Positions 37,275 to 46,125 of a DNA stretch of 46,125 bases are shown here, one piece after another. Origin of the DNA: Planctomycetia bacterium (lineage in GTDB: Bacteria > Planctomycetota > Planctomycetia > Gemmatales > Gemmataceae); NCBI GenBank assembly GCA_031387445.1, contig JANNDF010000418.1:1-46125 (forward strand). The letters are read 5' to 3'. The position numbers and the translations under genes were made by a program. The notes beneath the pieces were generated by a model. The model ran no database searches. It saw only the letters and a program-made list of their open reading frames with translations, and had not been told where the DNA came from. Each line of letters begins with the position of its first letter. Position 1 is the first letter of the stretch.

Positions 37275-38198
37275 GTGTACGCCGAAACCCCGCCTCTCCC
37301 GTACCTGAGCACCTTCTCGAAAGCAGCCGAGTTGAGTAGTTTCACCGCCGCGGCGAAGGCGATGGGGCTGACACAGGCGGCGGTCAGCCAGCGCATCCAG
37401 TTGCTGGAGCGGGCGCTGAATGTCAGCCTGTTCGACCGCCGTGCTGGGCGGGTGGTGGTGAGCGAGGCCGGGCGGACGTTGTACGCCTATGCCCAAAAGA
37501 TCGATGCCCTCCTCCGGGAAGCCTGGCGGGAAGTGACGGGCCACGGCCCGCCGCTCGCCGGCGACCTCGATATCGCCGCCAGTTCCGTTCCCGGTGAGCA
37601 CCTACTGCCGACCCTGCTCGCCGGGTTCGGTCGTCAACACCCGCATGTGCGTGTGAGGGCCGCCGTGAGCGACAGCCTGGTCGTCACCGCCCAGGTGGAG
37701 CGGGGTGAGGTGAGCGTGGGGCTGGTCGGGCGGAAGGTGGACCGCCCGCACCTGGAGTTCCGCTACCTGACCAGCGACCGGCTGGTGCTGATCGCTCCCA
37801 CTGGCCACCCTCTCGCCCGTTCCGCGACGGTGACGGCAGACCAACTGGCCGAACATCCTCTGGTCATACGGGAGGCCGGGTCGGGGTCGCGGCACTGCTT
37901 CGAGCAGGCGTTGGTGCGCGCCGGTCGGTCAGTTTCCGACCTTCGGGTGGTGCTCGAACTGGGGAGCAACGAGGCCATCCGCGACGCCATCCGGCTGGGT
38001 GTTGGGGTGGCGGTTCTGTCTGAGTACGCCATCGACCCCGACCACGACGCCGGGCGATTGGTGGCGCGTCCGCTGGCCGACCTGTGCATCAACCGCGACA
38101 TGTACCTCGTGCAGGACCGCCGCCGCGTACTGTCCCCGCCCGCCCGTCTGTTCCTGAACTACCTCGAATCCCATCCGATCCCGTCTCACCCGTCATAA
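37275..38198 (+). CDS. LysR-family transcriptional regulator
   Basis: HTH LSTFSKAAELSSFTAAAKAMGLTQAAVSQRIQLLERALNVSLFDR plus a LysR substrate-binding domain. The GTG at 37275 gives the canonical short N-terminus. The longest ORF starts at the ATG at 37167. Confidence 0.85.
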   Translation: MYAETPPLPYLSTFSKAAELSSFTAAAKAMGLTQAAVSQRIQLLERALNVSLFDRRAGRVVVSEAGRTLYAYAQKIDALLREAWREVTGHGPPLAGDLDIAASSVPGEHLLPTLLAGFGRQHPHVRVRAAVSDSLVVTAQVERGEVSVGLVGRKVDRPHLEFRYLTSDRLVLIAPTGHPLARSATVTADQLAEHPLVIREAGSGSRHCFEQALVRAGRSVSDLRVVLELGSNEAIRDAIRLGVGVAVLSEYAIDPDHDAGRLVARPLADLCINRDMYLVQDRRRVLSPPARLFLNYLESHPIPSHPS

Positions 38199-38306
38199 GC
38201 GCCGCTTATGACCGCCCCCGACCCCATCAGCGAAGCTCGCTCACGTCCGGTCCTGCCCCCAGGTATGCTGCCCCGGACGGTCCCATCACCCGGAGCGGCG
38301 ACGAAG

Positions 38307-38795
38307 ATGCGAACCACCACCGGATCGGCCATCGCGGTCTCGCTACTGGCCCTCTCCCCCTTCTCGGCCGGACACGAGAAGGAGAAGAAGCACGACGCCT
38401 CGGCGATCCACCGGCCGGACGACCTGAAGTGGCAGGACGGTCCGCCGTCGCTCCCGCCCGGTGCCAAGATCGCCGTCCTCGAAGGCGACCCGGCCAAAGA
38501 GGGGCCGTTCGTCTTCCGTGTGAAGGTGCCGGACGGATACCGCATCCCCACGCACACCCACCCGAAGGCGGAGCGGGTGACGGTCAACTCCGGGACGTTC
38601 AACCTGGGCATGGGGGAGAAGTTCGATCAGACGAAAGGCGAGGAACTGCCGGCGGGCACCTACGGGACGTGGCCGGCGGGCATGAAGCACTACGTCTGGG
38701 TGAAGGGGGAGACGGTGGTGCAGTTCCACGGCGACGGGCCGTGGAAGATCGAGTACGTCAACGCCGACGACGACCCCCGGAACAAGAAGAAGTAA
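38307..38795 (+). CDS. Secreted cupin-domain protein
   Basis: The ATG at 38307 gives the signal peptide MRTTTGSAIAVSLLALSPFSAG. Cupin motifs: IPTHTHPKAERVTVNSGTF and GTWPAGMKHYVW. Confidence 0.7.
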   Translation: MRTTTGSAIAVSLLALSPFSAGHEKEKKHDASAIHRPDDLKWQDGPPSLPPGAKIAVLEGDPAKEGPFVFRVKVPDGYRIPTHTHPKAERVTVNSGTFNLGMGEKFDQTKGEELPAGTYGTWPAGMKHYVWVKGETVVQFHGDGPWKIEYVNADDDPRNKKK

Positions 38796-38826
38796 TCGCC
38801 AGTTCCGTCCGACAGTGGGAGGACCG

Positions 38827-39225
38827 ATGATCCGCGTTTCCAGCCTCGACGTGCCGTACCAGACGGCGTTCACCAACGGCACGTTCGATGCGGTCGCCGA
38901 CGTGCCGGTTGAGAAGGGCGGGGCAGGCCAGGGGTTCGGGCCGCACGAACTGTTGGAGGCCGCTCTCGCTACCTGCCTGACGATGACCGCCCAGATGTAC
39001 GCCGTCGAGCACACCCTCCCGTTGCACGCGGCGAGGTGCGAGGTGCGGATCGACCGCTCGGTGCCGGGGGCCGTCACGCTCTACTACGCGCTGACGCTCG
39101 ACGGGCCGCTCACCGGCGCGCAATCGGCCCGCGTCCGGGAGGCGGTCAGCCGGTGCCCGGTCGCCCGCACCCTGACCGGGGAGATCATCCTGGCACCCCA
39201 ACCAAATGAGAAGGAAGCAGCATGA
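38827..39225 (+). CDS. OsmC/Ohr-family peroxiredoxin-like protein
   Basis: GFGPHELLEAALATCLTMT...VSRCPVARTL: the two conserved Cys contexts of OsmC. Confidence 0.8.
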   Translation: MIRVSSLDVPYQTAFTNGTFDAVADVPVEKGGAGQGFGPHELLEAALATCLTMTAQMYAVEHTLPLHAARCEVRIDRSVPGAVTLYYALTLDGPLTGAQSARVREAVSRCPVARTLTGEIILAPQPNEKEAA

Positions 39226-39806
39226 AAGGGCGAGAGAGTGGGATGCCCGAAGAGGAGTGCTGGCGAACCTTTTTCAACCCAGGGTGAATCCTGGAGCGGC
39301 TCGACTGCACGGGTCCGTGCGAGGTGGTCGAGTTCGGGTGCGGGTACGGACTGTTCACCGTCCCGGCGGCTCAAGCCGTCACCGGCACTGTCTTCGCCCT
39401 GGACATCGAACCCGAGTTGGTGGCCGAGACGAACCGCCGGGCGACCGCTGCGGGTCTGCCGAATATCGTCGCCGCGGTCAGAGACTTCGTGGCCGACGGG
39501 TGCGGGCGGCCGGACGGCAGCGTTGGCTACGCCATGCTGTTCAACATCCTGCACATCGAGAATCCGGTCGGGCTGCTCCGGGAAGCGCACCGTGCGCTGA
39601 CCCCTGGCGGGCTGGCCGGCGTCATCCACTGGCGGACCGATTTGCCCACCCCCCGCGGGCCGTCACCCGACATCCGCCCGACCGCCGAGCAGTGCCGCGG
39701 GTGGGCGGAGGAGGCCGGGTTCGAGTTCGTGGGGTACAAGTCTCTGGGCTGCTGCTCGTGGCACTGGGGGTTGGTCATGCGACGGCCGGCAGCGGACACG
39801 GGATGA
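39222..39806 (+). pseudogene. Class I SAM-dependent methyltransferase interrupted by an in-frame TGA (39285-39287)
   Basis: The ATG at 39222 overlaps the OsmC stop (ATGA). It reads MKGRESGMPEEECWRTFFNPG-TGA-ILERLDCTGPCEVVEFGCGYGLFT... in one frame, and motif I (VVEFGCGYG) lies after the stop. The ORF track only calls 39324..39806 from an internal GTG. Confidence 0.6.
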
Positions 39807-39961
39807 GTCGGCGGGCGTGCAAGCTCGCGACTCGCCGGTGGCGTCGGGCAACTCGGCCACTTCGGAAAGGCCGGGTCAGGAGCGACCGGCCGGAGAGTCT
39901 CTCCATTTTCGTCGGCAGGACCGGCACAACTTGCCCAAATGTCTTGCCTGCGGTGAAGTCA

Positions 39962-39983
39962 CCCCGCCCGGCGAGCGGCGGGG
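39962..39983. terminator. Hairpin between convergent genes (weak terminator candidate)
   Basis: CCCCGCC (39962-39968) / GGCGGGG (39977-39983), 8-nt loop. No clear U-tract. Confidence 0.3.
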
Positions 39984-40000
39984 CAACTTCTACCAGCGAG

Positions 40001-40381
40001 TTACTTCTTCTCCGGCATGTTCCCCTTCGGGGTGGGCATCTCCTTGCCGTACTTCGCCTTGTACGCCACCTTTGCCTTCTCCATCAGTTCCGGGTCGCAG
40101 ATGAAGCACTGGCTCTTCGCCCGGTTGTGCGTGTCGCACCAGTCGTTGGCCGCCTTGAACTTCTTCGCCACCGCCTTGCTGCACATGCTGCACTCCTCCT
40201 CGGCGATGCCGTGCGGGTTGCACCACTCGCCGCCGTCCTCGTCCGACGGGTCCGTCGGCGGCGACTTCGCGGTCGCCTTCGCCACCTTCCCGTCGCCCGT
40301 CGTCGGGGCCGCCTGCGGGCCGCACCCGGCCACCACCAACGCCCCCACCAGCAGGGCCGCGCACATCCACGTCGCCTTCAT
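40001..40381 (-). CDS. Small Cys/His-motif lipoprotein; putative periplasmic metal-binding partner of the Czc/Cus-like pump
   Basis: MKATWMCAALLVGALVVAGC lipobox. Two W-C-x2-H...C-x2-C modules (EWCNPHGIAEEECSMC, DWCDTHNRAKSQCFIC). It starts 27 nt downstream of the RND gene. Confidence 0.7.
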   Translation of the reverse strand: MKATWMCAALLVGALVVAGCGPQAAPTTGDGKVAKATAKSPPTDPSDEDGGEWCNPHGIAEEECSMCSKAVAKKFKAANDWCDTHNRAKSQCFICDPELMEKAKVAYKAKYGKEMPTPKGNMPEKK

Positions 40382-40408
40382 CGGAACTCTCCTGGGAATG
40401 AACGCCCG

Positions 40409-43400
40409 TCACCGGGCGGGAACCGTCTCCTGGGCCACTTCGGGCGGCTGGCCCCCACCGACCGCGGGTGAGGTGTTCCGGAAGGGAGACCGGAACACGA
40501 CGAACAGCACCCGCAACACGAGCAGCGACATGACCATCGCCGAGATCACGCCGCCGATCACCACCGTCGCCAGGGGCCGCTGCACCTCCGCCCCCGTGCC
40601 GGTCGAGAACGCCATCGGCAGGAACCCGAGTGACGCCACCAGGGTGGTCATCAGCACCGGCCGCAACCGGGTGATCGCGGCCTCCTCCACCGCCCGTTCC
40701 AGCGTCCGCCCCTTCCGCTGGAGGTCGCGGACGTAGCTCACCAGGATCATGTCGTCCAACACCGCCACCCCGGACAGGGCGATGAACCCGATGCCCGCCG
40801 GGATGGAAAACGGCATGTCCCGCACCCACAGGGCGATGATGCCGCCGACCCACGCGAACGGCACCCCCGTGAACACCCGCAGCGTGTCCGGAATGTTCCG
40901 GTAGGTGGCGTACAGGAGCAGGAAGATGAGCACGAGGGCGACCGGCACCACGATGAGCAGGCGGGTGCGGGCACGTTCCAGGTGCTCGAATTGGCCGCCG
41001 TAGCCGAGGTGGTAGCGGCCCGGCGGCAGGGTGATGTCGGCCTTGATCCTGTCCTGCACTTCGGCCACGAACCCGCCCAGGTTGCGGTCCCGCACGTTGC
41101 AGGTGATGGCGACCCGCCGCTGGCCCCACTCGCGGGTGATGGTGGACGGCCCCTCGATCACCCGGATGTCGGCCACCCGCGACAGCGGCACCCGCTCGCC
41201 CGTCGCGGTCGGCAGTTGGATCGAGCCGACCGCCTCCGGGCTGCCCCGCCACTCGTCCGGCAGCCGCACCACCAGCGGGAAGCGGAACTGGCCGTCCACC
41301 ACCTCGCCCATCGGCTTCGACCCGATGCTCTCGACCAGGTCGAGCACGGCGCGGGCCGGGATGCCGTACCTGGCCAGTTGGTCTTGCTTCACCTTCACCT
41401 GCAACACCGGTTGGCCCGTCACCTGCTCGGCCGCCACGTCCACCGCCCCGTGGACGGTTTTCATCACCTTCTCGATTTCGGCCGCCTTCTTCGCCAGTTC
41501 GTCCAGGTCGTCGCCGAACAGCTTGACGGTGAAGTCGGAACGGGTGCCGGCGGTCATCTCGTTGATCCGCATCTCGATGGGCTGGGCGAACGCGAACTTC
41601 AGCCCCTGGACGGTGCGCAACTCCTTCTGAATGAGCGAGGTCAACTCCTCCTGGGTCTTCGCCCGCTTCCACTTCGCCCGCGGCTTGAGGGTGATGAAGA
41701 TGTCGGTCAGTTCCACCCCCATCGGGTCGGTGGCCACCTCCGCGGTCCCGGCCCGGCTCCAGACGTGGTTGATCTCGTTCGGGAAGGCGGCGAGCAGGGC
41801 CTTCTCCACGTTGGTGTTCGCTTCCACCGAATCGGCGAGGCTGGTGCCGGCCAGCCGCACCGTGCCCAGGGTGATCGCCCCCTCCGACAGCTTGGGGACG
41901 AACACCGCGTCCTTCCACAGCGGCGGGGCCATCACCCCGAACGTGATCGCCAGCACCAGCGCCCCGAACAGCAGCACCGCCAGCTTGTGTCGCATGGTGA
42001 GCTTGAGCACCGGGACGTACACCCACTTGACCGCCCGGATGAGGAACGGCTCCCGCTCCGACACCCGCTTCGGCAGCAGCAGACTGGCCAGCGCCGGCAT
42101 GAGCGTCATGGACAGGATCATCGAGCCGAGCAGGGCGAAGATGACGGTGAGCGCCATCGGGCGGAACAGTTTCCCCTCGATCCCTTCGAGTGTGAGGATG
42201 GGCAGGTACACGATGAGGATGATGAGTTCGCCGAACAGGGTGGGCTTCCGCACCTCCACCGCCGCATCCCGGATGACGGCCAGTTTGCCCCGCTTCTCGG
42301 CCTCCCCGTGACTCAGGTGGCGGACGCAGTTCTCGACCATCACCACCGACGAGTCCACCACCATGCCGAAGTCGATGGCCCCGAGCGACAGCAGGCTGGC
42401 CGCCACCCCGAACCGCAGCATGCCGGCGAACGCGAACAGCATGGACAGCGGGATGGCGAGGGCCACGATGAACGCCGCCCGCAGGTTACCCAGGAACAGG
42501 AACAGCACCGCCACCACCAGCAGCCCGGCCTCGAACAAGTTGGCTTTCACCGTGTCGATGACGTGGTCGATCAACTCGGTGCGGTCGTACACCGGCTCGG
42601 CCTTCACCCCCGGCGGCAGGGACGGCCGCACCTCGTCCAGCTTGTTCTTCATCCCCCACGTCACCTCGTGGGAGTTCTCACCCATCGTCATGAACCCCAG
42701 CCCGAGGACGACCTCGCCCTTGCCGTCCGCCGTGACCGCCCCCCGCCGCACCTCGGACCCGATCTTCACCTCGGCCACGTCGCCGAGCAGCACCGGCACC
42801 CCGTCCTGGACGGCGATCTGGATGGCCCTGATCTGGTCGAGGGTGGTGGTGCGGCCCACCCCGGCGACGAGCAGCGACCCGCTCCCGCGGTCGATCACGC
42901 CCCCGCCGACGTTCTGGTTGTTCTCCCGCACGGCGGCCGTCACCCGGTCGAACGTGAGGCCGTACTTGGCCACCTTCGACGGGTCGATGCGGACCTGGTA
43001 CTGCCGCTCGTACCCGCCCCACGAGTTCACCTCGGCCACCCCCGGCACCGCCCGCATCTGGGGCCGCACGACCCAGTCGTGGACGGTGCGGAGTTCGGTC
43101 ACGTCGTCGCCCTTGCCGGTGATGACGTAGTGGTACACTTCGCCCAACCCGGTACTCACCGGCCCCATCTTCGGGCGGTCCAGGCCGTCCGGCATCTTCA
43201 CCGCCGCCAGCCGCTCCGTCACCAGTTGGCGGGCGAAGTAGATGTCGGTGCCGTCGGCGAACACCAGCACCACCTGGGACAGCCCGAACTTGGACACCGA
43301 CCGCAGGGTGGTCACTTTCGGCAGCCCGGCCAGCGCCTGCTCGACGGGGATGGTGATCTGCTGCTCCACCTCCGCCGGGCCGAGGGCGGGGGCCACGGTG

Positions 43401-43549
43401 TTCACCTGCACCTGCACCGGGGTGGTGTCCGGGAAGGCGTCGATGTCAAGTTGGCGCATCGACAGCCCGCCGGCCACCGCCAGGGCGACGGCCCCGACGA
43501 TAACCAGCCAGCGGTAGCGGAGCGAGAAGTCGATGACCGCGTTCAGCAC
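40409..43549 (-). CDS. CusA/CzcA-family heavy-metal efflux RND permease
   Basis: MLNAVIDFSLRYRWLVIVGAVALAVAGGLSMRQLDIDAFPDTTPVQVQVNT...; 1,046 aa with HME-RND-type sequence throughout. Confidence 0.9.
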   Translation of the reverse strand: MLNAVIDFSLRYRWLVIVGAVALAVAGGLSMRQLDIDAFPDTTPVQVQVNTVAPALGPAEVEQQITIPVEQALAGLPKVTTLRSVSKFGLSQVVLVFADGTDIYFARQLVTERLAAVKMPDGLDRPKMGPVSTGLGEVYHYVITGKGDDVTELRTVHDWVVRPQMRAVPGVAEVNSWGGYERQYQVRIDPSKVAKYGLTFDRVTAAVRENNQNVGGGVIDRGSGSLLVAGVGRTTTLDQIRAIQIAVQDGVPVLLGDVAEVKIGSEVRRGAVTADGKGEVVLGLGFMTMGENSHEVTWGMKNKLDEVRPSLPPGVKAEPVYDRTELIDHVIDTVKANLFEAGLLVVAVLFLFLGNLRAAFIVALAIPLSMLFAFAGMLRFGVAASLLSLGAIDFGMVVDSSVVMVENCVRHLSHGEAEKRGKLAVIRDAAVEVRKPTLFGELIILIVYLPILTLEGIEGKLFRPMALTVIFALLGSMILSMTLMPALASLLLPKRVSEREPFLIRAVKWVYVPVLKLTMRHKLAVLLFGALVLAITFGVMAPPLWKDAVFVPKLSEGAITLGTVRLAGTSLADSVEANTNVEKALLAAFPNEINHVWSRAGTAEVATDPMGVELTDIFITLKPRAKWKRAKTQEELTSLIQKELRTVQGLKFAFAQPIEMRINEMTAGTRSDFTVKLFGDDLDELAKKAAEIEKVMKTVHGAVDVAAEQVTGQPVLQVKVKQDQLARYGIPARAVLDLVESIGSKPMGEVVDGQFRFPLVVRLPDEWRGSPEAVGSIQLPTATGERVPLSRVADIRVIEGPSTITREWGQRRVAITCNVRDRNLGGFVAEVQDRIKADITLPPGRYHLGYGGQFEHLERARTRLLIVVPVALVLIFLLLYATYRNIPDTLRVFTGVPFAWVGGIIALWVRDMPFSIPAGIGFIALSGVAVLDDMILVSYVRDLQRKGRTLERAVEEAAITRLRPVLMTTLVASLGFLPMAFSTGTGAEVQRPLATVVIGGVISAMVMSLLVLRVLFVVFRSPFRNTSPAVGGGQPPEVAQETVPAR

Positions 43550-43569
43550 AGGTGAAACTCACTTCGGGG

Positions 43570-45144
43570 TTACTTCGGGTGACAGCAGGCACAGCCCTCG
43601 CCCAACTCGCCGCGGAGCAGTTCGTTGAGCATCAGCCCGCTCCCCTTCGTCACCACCAACTCGCCCGGCAGCACCCCGGCGATCACCTCGGTGGTCTTCT
43701 CCCCCCGCACGCCCAGCCGCACCTTGCGGACGTGGAACACCTTGTACTCCGAGGTCTGGTAGTCCTTGTCGCGGACGAACACGACGTGGCAGCACCCGTC
43801 CCACTGGACCGCCTCGTTCGGCACCGCGATGGCCTTCTCTTCTTCGCGGAGGATCACCCGGCCCGCCCCGAACGTGTTGGCCACCAGCTTCTGATCCGGG
43901 TCGGCGAGGTCGGCCCGCACCTTCACCGTGCGGGTCTTCGGGTCGGCCTGGGAACTCCGCCACGTCAGCTTGGCGGTCAACTCCCCCGTCCCGCCGTCCG
44001 GCCGGAACCGCACCGTCTGCCCGTCCTTCGGCCCGACCTTCACCCGCCCGGCGTCCTCCGCCTTCAAATCGAGCGTCAGCCAGAGCGAGCGGGTGTCCAC
44101 CACCTCGAACAGCAGCCGGGCGGTGTCCACCACCTCGCCGGCCACCACCTCGCGTGACATCACCCGCCCGTCCAGTGGGGCGACGAGCGGCAGCAGGGTG
44201 TTCGGGGCCGTCTTGAGGTCGATGTCCTTCACCGTTTCCAGCGGGAGGCCGAGCAGGTGCAATGTGGCCCGCAGTTGTTCGCCGCTGAGCGGCTTGACCT
44301 CGGACTCCTTGATCCGCAGACCCAGGTTGGTGAGCGCCTGACACCCGGCCGCCACCCGGATCTCGGCTTCCACCACCGCGGCCTCCGCCTCCCGCAGTTT
44401 GGCGGCAGGCACCACCCCGCCGGTCGATCCGGCCGCCACCTGCTCCCGCGTCCGCAGGGATGCGACCGCCTGGAGCAGTTCGGCCTTCGCCTTACCCACC
44501 TCCGCCGCGTCCACCAGGGCGAGCAGTTCGCCGGCTTTCACCTCGTCGCCCAGGTGCTTGAACACCTTCCACACGCTACCCGGTGACCGGGCGGACAGGT
44601 GGGCCACCTTCGTCTGGTCGTACCCGATCTCACCGGGGGCGGCGACGAACTCCACCGCCGGGGCCGTCCACACCAGATCGGTCTCCACCCCGGCCTTCTT
44701 CGCGTCCGCGGCGGTGGCGTACTGAATCCGCCGGTGGTGCTTCTGGCAGTTGGCGGTGTTCGCGGGTCGGTCGGCGAACGCCAGCGCCCGCTTCGCCCGG
44801 TCGCGGTCGGAGTCGGTGACGACGGGGGTGGGAGTCAGTTGCGCCAACACCGGGTTGCACAGCACGCATTCCGGCACCCCGTGGAGCTTGCACCACCCGC
44901 GGGCCTCGGCCTTCGGCATGAGCGAATCGTCGCACTCGACGCACCGCGACTCGGGTACGTTGTGCTCGCCGCACCAGTCGTCCCGCTCCTTCACCGCCCC
45001 ACTCAACTCGGAGAACTTGGGCACCTTCCACTCGTTCGTGTGGCCCCACCAGCCGACCGCCCCGATGCCGGCCAGCACGAGCAGAGTGGGAATCGCACCC
45101 AGGGCGGCGCGGAGCGGGCCCCGCCGTTCGGCGTGTGCTGACAT
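43570..45144 (-). CDS. RND periplasmic adaptor (CzcB/CusB-like) with N-terminal Cys/His modules
   Basis: TM anchor, then DDWCGEHNVPESRCVEC and GWCKLHGVPECVLC, then HlyD-type lipoyl/barrel domains (VKAGELLALVDAAEVG...). It lies 20 nt upstream of czcA-like. Confidence 0.85.
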   Translation of the reverse strand: MSAHAERRGPLRAALGAIPTLLVLAGIGAVGWWGHTNEWKVPKFSELSGAVKERDDWCGEHNVPESRCVECDDSLMPKAEARGWCKLHGVPECVLCNPVLAQLTPTPVVTDSDRDRAKRALAFADRPANTANCQKHHRRIQYATAADAKKAGVETDLVWTAPAVEFVAAPGEIGYDQTKVAHLSARSPGSVWKVFKHLGDEVKAGELLALVDAAEVGKAKAELLQAVASLRTREQVAAGSTGGVVPAAKLREAEAAVVEAEIRVAAGCQALTNLGLRIKESEVKPLSGEQLRATLHLLGLPLETVKDIDLKTAPNTLLPLVAPLDGRVMSREVVAGEVVDTARLLFEVVDTRSLWLTLDLKAEDAGRVKVGPKDGQTVRFRPDGGTGELTAKLTWRSSQADPKTRTVKVRADLADPDQKLVANTFGAGRVILREEEKAIAVPNEAVQWDGCCHVVFVRDKDYQTSEYKVFHVRKVRLGVRGEKTTEVIAGVLPGELVVTKGSGLMLNELLRGELGEGCACCHPK

Positions 45145-45198
45145 GACAATTCACCGTGTGAAGTACGGAGAGGCGCGCGAGGTGGAGGCGACGTGTAG

Positions 45199-45648
45199 CT
45201 AAATGACGAGCGAGCAGTGCGACAGGTAGAGCGGCGGGGAAGACGACCACCGCGCGGACGTGGGCACCGCCGGCGGAACGGTCAGGGTGGGTTCCGCGGT
45301 CAACAGGGTGACGAGCGCGGGCAGCGCCAGAACGGTGACGAGTTGGGGCGACGGATCGACCCACTTCAGGCTGTCCGCCCCCGGCGAGGCCGGACAGCCG
45401 GGCAGGTGGTCGTCCGTCGGCGACGGACGCACGGGCGGTGTGGGGGCTGCGGGAGTCGTGGTGGTTCGGCCCTTACCGGGCGGGGAACAGTCGGAGCAGG
45501 TACAACCGGCCTTTTTGCCGGCCGAATGGGCGGGCGCCTGAACCTCGACCGTCTCCCGTACCGGCACAGGTGAAGACCCGCCGAACCCACGGGCTTTGCA
45601 CACGCAAAAGCCGGTGGGTTGGAGCAGCGGCACGCACGCCACCAGCAT
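45199..45648 (-). CDS. Small Cys-rich hypothetical protein upstream of the metal-efflux genes (start uncertain)
   Basis: The ATG at 45648 gives MLVACVPLLQPTGFCVCKARG...AGCTCSDCSPPGKG...HLPGCPASPG...PPLYLSHCSLVI. A TTG start a few codons upstream would add MTVLARIL. The upstream third of ORF 45199..45897 looks non-coding. Confidence 0.4.
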   Translation of the reverse strand: MLVACVPLLQPTGFCVCKARGFGGSSPVPVRETVEVQAPAHSAGKKAGCTCSDCSPPGKGRTTTTPAAPTPPVRPSPTDDHLPGCPASPGADSLKWVDPSPQLVTVLALPALVTLLTAEPTLTVPPAVPTSARWSSSPPLYLSHCSLVI

Positions 45649-46026
45649 CAGGATTCGGGCCAGGACCGTCAACAGACCTCCCCTCTCGCACGCCGTCGGT
45701 GGGGGCAGTCTATCCCACCTCCCGATGCGGGTCAACGCGGCCGATGACAGCACCGGAGTCACCTCACCAGCCGCACCTTGCCGGCGGACGGATGGTTCGG
45801 CACCGATGCCGGCTGAAAGCGGCTCAGAACCCTCTATCCCACCCGCGTCCCGCTCTCGCCGTCTGCAACAAAGCGCACGCGGCAGCATGGCCAGCACGTT
45901 GGAGTCAATTTTTTGACCCCACGTCGCCCGCCTCTTCAGTCAGCCCTTCGGAGGAACCGGCCGGACAGCCGACCACCGACTTTCGACAATAGAGTCGCTG
46001 CACGATAGCCGGTTTGGCGCTACGCT

Positions 46027-46125
46027 ATGGGGATGAGCCACACCACCCGTCTGCGTCGGTCGCCGGGCACGTTCCGGCAACTCACCGGCATCACCCCGGC
46101 CGTGTTCGACCAACTGCTGGCCGAA
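46027..46125 (+). mobile_element. 5' end of a transposase gene (HTH_Tnp_4-like N-terminus, IS5-group-like), truncated by the window edge
   Basis: MGMSHTTRLRRSPGTFRQLTGITPAVFDQLLAE resembles the ...F..LTG......F..LL.. N-terminal HTH of DDE transposases. Only 33 codons are visible. Confidence 0.45.

Noticed and set aside
35862-37601. 579-aa minus-strand ORF opposite the TolC/NodT gene
   Set aside because: Antisense shadow with low-complexity translation.
39206-43555. ORFs 39206..40471(+), 39990..42026(-) and 40982..43555(+) across the methyltransferase/Czc region
   Set aside because: Arg/Gly/His-rich junk in frames alternative to the well-supported OsmC, methyltransferase, lipoprotein and CzcA-like genes.

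Overview
Very GC-rich chromosomal window that looks like Planctomycetota, probably Gemmata-like. Supporting clues: a TIGR02996-type N-domain fused to leucine-rich repeats (LRR), a DUF1580-type helix-turn-helix (HTH) protein, a LEDRLAP leader on a giant exoprotein, and many long spurious alternative-frame ORFs. Layout, left to right: (i) 0-8 kb housekeeping genes: a stand-alone rplC with its own terminator, an LRR protein, a lipoprotein, a DCC thiol-disulfide oxidoreductase, and a pilB/gspE-pilC/gspF pair. (ii) 8.2-8.7 kb, a lower-GC non-coding stretch holding a tRNA 3'-half fragment, a terminator and phased TGACA repeats. (iii) 8.9-25.4 kb, minus strand: one giant secreted-protein gene of about 5,270 codons. 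It has about 20 CARDB repeats, carboxypeptidase-regulatory-like repeats, an A/T-richer alpha-helical module, an S8 protease and a C-terminal dockerin. A one-base frame change splits it into two ORFs. A small cohesin-like, PEP-CTERM-like protein follows it. (iv) 25.4-30.3 kb, an accessory islet that looks like a mobile genetic element (MGE): a decayed zinc-ribbon ORF, an overlapping ImmA/IrrE-protease plus PIN-like pair, a 273-aa orphan, a DUF1580 HTH preceded by tandem CTGCCCG repeats, a 163-aa orphan, and a two-repeat, one-spacer CRISPR mini-array. No cas genes are in the window. (v) 30.6-37.1 kb, an RND efflux operon (permease, His-rich adaptor, NodT-type lipoprotein). (vi) 37.2-39.8 kb: LysR, cupin, OsmC and a methyltransferase carrying an in-frame TGA. 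(vii) 40.0-45.7 kb, minus strand: a CzcBA/CusBA-like metal efflux pair flanked by two small Cys-rich proteins. (viii) The 5' end of a transposase at the right edge. The best candidates for something undescribed are the 25.4-30.3 kb islet (ImmA-PIN module plus solitary mini-array) and the dockerin/cohesin-like pairing with the compositionally foreign helical module in the giant gene. All family assignments rest on motif recognition by eye; no searches were run.
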